Of a DNA stretch of 64,000 nucleotides, positions 58,601 through 64,000 are shown in pieces (position 1 is the stretch's first letter; every line of letters begins with the position of its first letter). A model generated the notes under the pieces. It did no database searches and was not told the origin of the DNA. It saw nothing but the letters and a program-made list of their open reading frames with translations. The translations under genes were made by a program, and so were the position numbers. The DNA comes from Phaeosaccion multiseriatum (Eukaryota > Protista > Ochrophyta, other classes): contig OZ218952.1 of NCBI GenBank assembly GCA_965112735.1, forward strand, positions 1,116,001 through 1,180,000, in the 5' to 3' direction.

Positions 58601-61600
58601 AGGCCCGAGCCAGCTGCTTGGCCCGCATCTCCCCACCCTGCAGAGCCGCCAAACTCGTCGCCGAGGGAAGGGCGGCTCTGAGGAGAGCAAGTTCACGTAC
58701 AAAGGCGTTGGCCGCCTCCTCTGCTCTCTTCTTGTGCCCCTCAAAAGCCTCCGTCTGGGCGGCGAGCTTGTCCCGCAGGTGTCGGGTGAAACGTCGCATC
58801 TTCTCCCGGTGTTTCATTAGCTCCCCTTCCCTCGGCTGCCGACAGCCCACCTCCGCCCGCCCCTTGCGTGGCCAGTGTAACCGCAACCGCTCCTCGAGTT
58901 GTTCCGTGAGGAATGCGTGCTCGGTGTCACGCATTCCCTCCACCGCCGCCTGACGGACCCGGTTCGCCGTCTCCACCCTCTGTAACACGGCGTCTCGCAG
59001 TCCCTCCAGCAGCTCCAACAGCTCTTCTTGAGGCACACTCACACTCACCATCACGGGGGTCCCCTCCCCATCCACAGGCACTACCTTCATCTCCTTGCGC
59101 CTCTCTGCGGCGGCTAACTTGGCGGCCTTGCGGCGCGTCATCACCTCGGCTTTGAGTCGCACATACTCCGTCATAAAGGGTCCCGGTTTCGATTCCCAAT
59201 CCGGCCCGAGTCTCCTTAACAGCTCCTCCTCCCCGGACACGGCGTCGCCAGCGGCCCCCGGGGTGGGCTTTTTCTTCTTCTTGAGCGTCTTCTCTGCGGC
59301 CTCCACCAGTTTCCGCGTCGCCTCTTTCCACACGTCGTCTCGAGCCTTGAGGTCCTCCACACCCTTGAAGTCGAGGATTTTGAAGGCCCGATCACGGGCA
59401 GTTAGGTATGCTTCACGCTCCTCGGCGGAGTCTTGTTCCTCCCCGTCCCTCTGCTGTTGCTCCTGCGCCTCTTCTGTAACTGCTGCAACTGCTTCTTTTT
59501 CTTCACCGCCACCGCCACCGCCGCCACCGGATGTTATAGGCGCGCCCCACACCTTTGTCTGCCCATATCCGTCCCTCGGGACAAAGCCGGCTTTGAAGTA
59601 GGGCAAGGGTTTGTCCCCCTCCTCGGGCTCTCCACCGGCGTCCTCCCCCCCGCCCCCCCCTCCCTTCTTGTCTCCTCCACCCTTGCTCTTTTTGTTCTTG
59701 CTGCCCTTGCTGTCCTCCTCCTTTTTCTTCTTCTTCGTCGCCGTCGTCGGCCTCGAACCCTTTTTCTCCTCGGCCTCTGCTCCACCCGCCGCTGCGCCGT
59801 CTCCTTGCTCCCCTCCCCCTCCCTCGTCCTCCTCGTCCTCCTCCCCTCCCTCCTCCTCGTCGTCATCATCATCCTCCTCCTCTACTTCTTTCAGTAGACT
59901 GTCTACGATGCTCGCCATCGGTTGCTCAACAATGTACTGCGTGCCTCCTTCTCTCCCCCCGGGAACCTCATATGTTGGTAGCTCGGGCTCTGCACTCACA
60001 GGTCGCGAATTCGGCTTCTTCCCTGGGGGGGGGTCATCTTGTTTGACGCCTTCTCCCTCCTCCAGGCCGTCGCTTTCGTTCTCCTCCTCCTTCTGCTTCT
60101 TCTTCTTCTTCTTCTTCTTCGCCTTCTTTTTCGTCTTCTTCTTCTCGCCTTCCCCGCCCTGCTCCTCCTCCTCCCCCTCCCCACCTTCATCCTCATTCCC
60201 TTCCTCCTCCTCGTCCCCTCCCTCCTCCCCCTCCTCCTCATCCTCCAGCGAGTAAGGTGTCTTCATCCCGAACAGTCCACCCACGGCCTTTTGAAACCTG
60301 CCCGCCTCCTTCCCAACCGCCGTCGGATGCATGGCCGCAACCTCAAAGGCCTTGCTATAGATGTCCCGATAGCCCGCCTCGATGTCGTCCAACAGCAGCA
60401 GACTCGTTGCAAAGCTCTCCTCAAGCTCCCGTTCATCCGCTGCCATCCTCAACCTCTCCAGCGCCTTGCCCAAAGCGGTTTCCCGATCCTCATCCGCGAA
60501 TCGAAAGTCTTCTTTGCATCCAAACAAGTCGTCTGCCGCCGCCTCGTCGATATCCACGCTGTGCCCCTCATGTAGCACCATTGCCTTGGCGAGTTGCCCC
60601 ACAAACCCGCACAGTCGCTCGGCTCCACTGTGCAGGTTAGCTGCTTGCACCTCCATCACGTGCAGAGCCCTGGCCAGTAAGTCCGCCTGCTCCTCTTGTC
60701 GCAGCCGCAGGGGCGTCTCGCTCTCCGCGGCCACGAGCTCATCCACCAACCCATTGCAACGCGCTTGCTGCTCGAGTGAGGCGTCGATCTCGGCCAATGC
60801 CGTTTTGAACTCCTCCGGAAGGTCCGCAGAGGACACCAACAGCCCCACCCTACGCTGGATCGCACGGACTTGTGTCATGTCCACCTCCACAGAGCTCTCC
60901 CAACCCCCTCCTCCTCCTCCTCCTCCTCCTCCTCCTCCCCCTCCCCCTTCTCCATGCACAGCTCGATCCTCCCCTCTTACGCTGCCAGCACCATCCCCGC
61001 CTGCCCTGGAGCCCCCTCCTCCTGCTGCTCCTCCTCCTGCTACTGATCCCCCCGACACGCTTCTAGACGCGTGCCGAGAAGAGCGATTACGACCGCTGCT
61101 CCGTCGATTGCTACTTTGTCCGGTGCCCATGCCCCCCCCCCCACCTCCTCCTCCTACTCCCCCTGCCGTCGTTGTCCCTACGGACCGCTCGCTGCCCCTT
61201 GTGGTCCGGGCGTCGTTGCTGCTCTCCCCCACGGAGCAACTCTCCTCTCCCAGCATGCGAATGGAGGCAATGAGCGTGTCCAGGTCAGCCACCGCATTAC
61301 AAAGCAGCTCCGAGAGCAGCGGATCGAGCCCCTGCCCCACTTCGCTCAAGTCTTGGGTTCGAGCCCTGAGTGCGTTGAGAATGGGCGGAGTGTCTTCTTT
61401 TGTGGCCTTTCTCAGTCTCTCCACACTGTCCAGGACAGCCTTGCGCATGGCCGCTTTTCCCTGCTGCTCCAGAACGTTCTCCAGCTCCACTCCGCAAAGA
61501 AGGCGCTTCACGCGTTGCTGAGAGCACTCCAGCACGCTCGGGTATATCAAGGCCGCGGGCTCAGCAAGGTCCTGTGGTTACGTCATATCCGTCCGTCCCC

Positions 61601-63072
61601 GAGAGAAAGCATAAAGGAGAAGAGTGAGGGAGGAGGACGGAGGGTGGGCGGGAAGACGGGCGGGAGGCCAGGAGCCGGCGGTGCCGAGAAGAAGCAACAA
61701 GCGTCCGTGAGATGACCGAGTATAATGCCCCACCGCACCCTCTGCCTCACTGTGTCACTGCCTCACTGCCTCACTGCCTCACTGCCTCACTGTCTCACCT
61801 GTGCCAGCGTTTTGAGCTCCATTCGGAGACCGGCGCTTCGCAGAAAGAGGTCTTCAGTCTCGGGTCGGCTCAGCTGGGATGACACCACGGACCCAATCTG
61901 GGGCAGGTTGGGTCTATTACGCGATGCCCAAAGAGGTGGAGCAGGGCAGGGGGGCAAGGAGAGGCACAGGAGAGAGAGAGAGAGAGAGCGTGTCAATAAG
62001 AGGAGAGAACGGAGCCTACTTTCCGCGACACGCGTGCACCCAAGTGGCTGAAAGGTGCAGAGATCTCTCTCTCTCGACCTCTGTCGCTTTCTCTCTCGAC
62101 CTCTCCCTCTCTCCCTCTCTCCCTCTCTCCCTCACTCCTTCTCTCCCTCTCTCCCTTCCCCCTCTCATGCCTCACCTCCAAGCGAGGGCAGCATACGTGT
62201 GGAGCTCTCCTCGGAGGACTTCTCTTCTCTTCATTGCCTCCTCCCCCGTGTCCTCGCTCACTCGCAGCACCTGGACTCGCACGCACGCACGCATGCACAC
62301 AAACACACACACATACAAACACGCACACAAACACACAGACACATACACACAGACACATACACACAGACACATACACAAACACGCAGATAAGTCTCGGCTG
62401 AAGGGGCAGTCGATCTGTGCTTCTAAGTAAACCCAAACTCCAAATTGAGCTCAACTCCAACTAACCGACTCATAGAGTCCCTTCATGGCGCACAGCTCGG
62501 CGTCATTGAGCTCCACGAAGCTCTGAGAGAGAGCAGCAACCTTCTCGGGCGTGAGATTGCCATAGGAGCCGCCGATGCCGCCCTCCCCTGGCTCTGTGGG
62601 TGGGACCATGTCCTTGACTTGCCGCACGAGGGACAGACGCACTTGGTGCCGAGCCAACTGGCCCTGTCGAAAGGCGTCGAGCAAGCCCTGTGTGCGTTTT
62701 GTTTGTGGATGGGAAGCATTGTGCAATTGGGCTTGTTGTCAGGTCCTTCAACATGCTTCTCTCGCAGGCGTATCTCAAGTTCAGAGAGAAGGAGCCTCGA
62801 CTCCCCTCTTCTCCCCTCCCCTCCGCCTCCGCTACCTGTCTGGCGGTTGGGTTCGTGTACGCCACAGAAGCAAGCTCCTCCTGAAACTCATGAATGGCTC
62901 TGTCGTGCCTCAAGCGTCGCCACGCGGCAAGCCTTCCCTCCCAATGTCGCCTGACGTCTGTGGCAAAGACGACATTCTTCCTCTCGAGCTTACCCAGAAG
63001 GTCTGCGTGCGACTTGCGGTTGTTCGCTAGGACCCTACTCAGGTCAAAGGCCTAAAGGACAGGCAGGGAGGC

Positions 63073-63105
<33 letters not shown>

Positions 63106-64000
63106 TACAGACATAGAAGGGGCGGGGAAGGGGGAAGAAGAGGGTTGATTGATGTCCACCGAGGGGAGGGAAAAGAGCAAGGGGGGGGAGGAGAAGTAAG
63201 AGGAGGAGAAGTCGGAGGAGGAGAAGCAAGAGAGGAAAAGACGATGTTTGATCCGATTTCTTCCACACGTCCTTCTTCCCACTGCCCCTGCCCACCTCCT
63301 TACCCCTTCCCCCCTCTCCCGCCTTCTCCTTCCTCACTGCTCCCAAGCCACCCAGCCCTGTTGCCAGTCCTGTTGCCTACTTACATGCTCTTCCGCAAGG
63401 CGCTCCACCTCCCCGGGGGGCCGAACAGCGATCTGAATGAGCTGATCAACAAAGTGCCTCAGCTCGGTGCCCACAAGCTGCGCCCGTTGCTGCTCCACTG
63501 CTTCCAGAGTGTCGCCAAAGTCGCGAATGTGGGCGGTGCGTCTGTCCAGCAGCATCTGGAGGTTCTCGCTCCACATTTGCACCACATAGGGGAAGTCTTG
63601 CACCACAAGATTGCCGTCACTGATGAGTGCATGTGGGTGCGTGCAAGCGAGTGAGTGAGTGGGTGAGTGAGTGAGAGGGTGATGGAGAGCGATACATATA
63701 TACACATATATATACATATATACGGATCGCAAACGGTGGTAGGACATCGCGTTTTTCCTCCCCTCTCTTCTCTACTCTCTACTCGCTACTCACTCGTTGA
63801 GCTCGCTCTGGAGGGCCTTGACCGCCGCGAGTATCTGCTCCATGTCGTCTCGCACAGTGTAGCTAGCCTGGAGCACCAACTGCTCAATGTCTTCAGAGAG
63901 GTCCGCCAGGCGCTTGTCAAAGGCCTTGATGGTGGCCGAGTCTCGCTCTCGCTTCTCCTCCATTTTCGCCTCCAGCTTCTCAAAGCCGCTCCTCGGTATT
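55670..64000 (-). CDS. Large coiled-coil protein, CCDC180 (DUF4455/DUF4456)-like; 5' end outside the window
   Basis: Long exons 61571-58444 and 57655-55670 plus short upstream exons; acidic/Lys-rich central tract; 'ERLRLHWPRKGRAE', 'HQQQLRPRLGTP', 'VTTAHR' recalled as typical of the family. Confidence 0.65.
57665..58335. repeat. Intronic (GGGA)n followed by (GAGT)n microsatellites
   Basis: Direct reading; open in one frame, which inflates the 1319-aa ORF. Confidence 0.92.

Noticed and set aside
57591-61550. Single 1319-aa ORF
   Set aside because: Reads through an intron (about 58443-57656) of (CTCA)n/(CCCT)n repeats; the true frame splices to the 57655-55670 exon

Overview
Gene-dense, GC-rich, intron-rich eukaryotic nuclear DNA, probably from a flagellated photosynthetic stramenopile (ochrophyte). 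This is inferred from a signal-peptide+'SAF' plastid-type presequence, a stramenopile-type bZIP-PAS factor and a CCDC180-like gene. Hand-splicing at GT-AG sites gives 14 genes: ABCG transporter (3' end), ankyrin protein, TPR protein, DUF1990 protein, intronless PPR-SMR protein, tRNA-dihydrouridine synthase, BK/Slo-type K+ channel, flavin monooxygenase, bZIP-PAS factor, lysyl-tRNA synthetase, Tup1-like corepressor, selenoprotein T, FKBP PPIase and a CCDC180-like protein (partial). Most ORF-track entries are microsatellite or antisense artefacts. Most notable: (1) four MITE-like elements of two sister families with TCG...CGA termini, 6-7 bp target duplications and internal ~30-bp arrays that share a GC core but carry different 7-mer doublets, all upstream of genes; (2) an intronless PPR-SMR gene with a homogeneous 105-bp repeat array, bracketed by copies of the neighbouring gene's last exon, a third copy of which lies 3' of another gene; (3) SelT with an in-frame UGA and a candidate SECIS-like hairpin that exists only if a predicted 3'UTR intron is spliced; (4) LysRS with a C-terminal EF1B-like GST domain. 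Family calls come from recalled motifs, not database searches.
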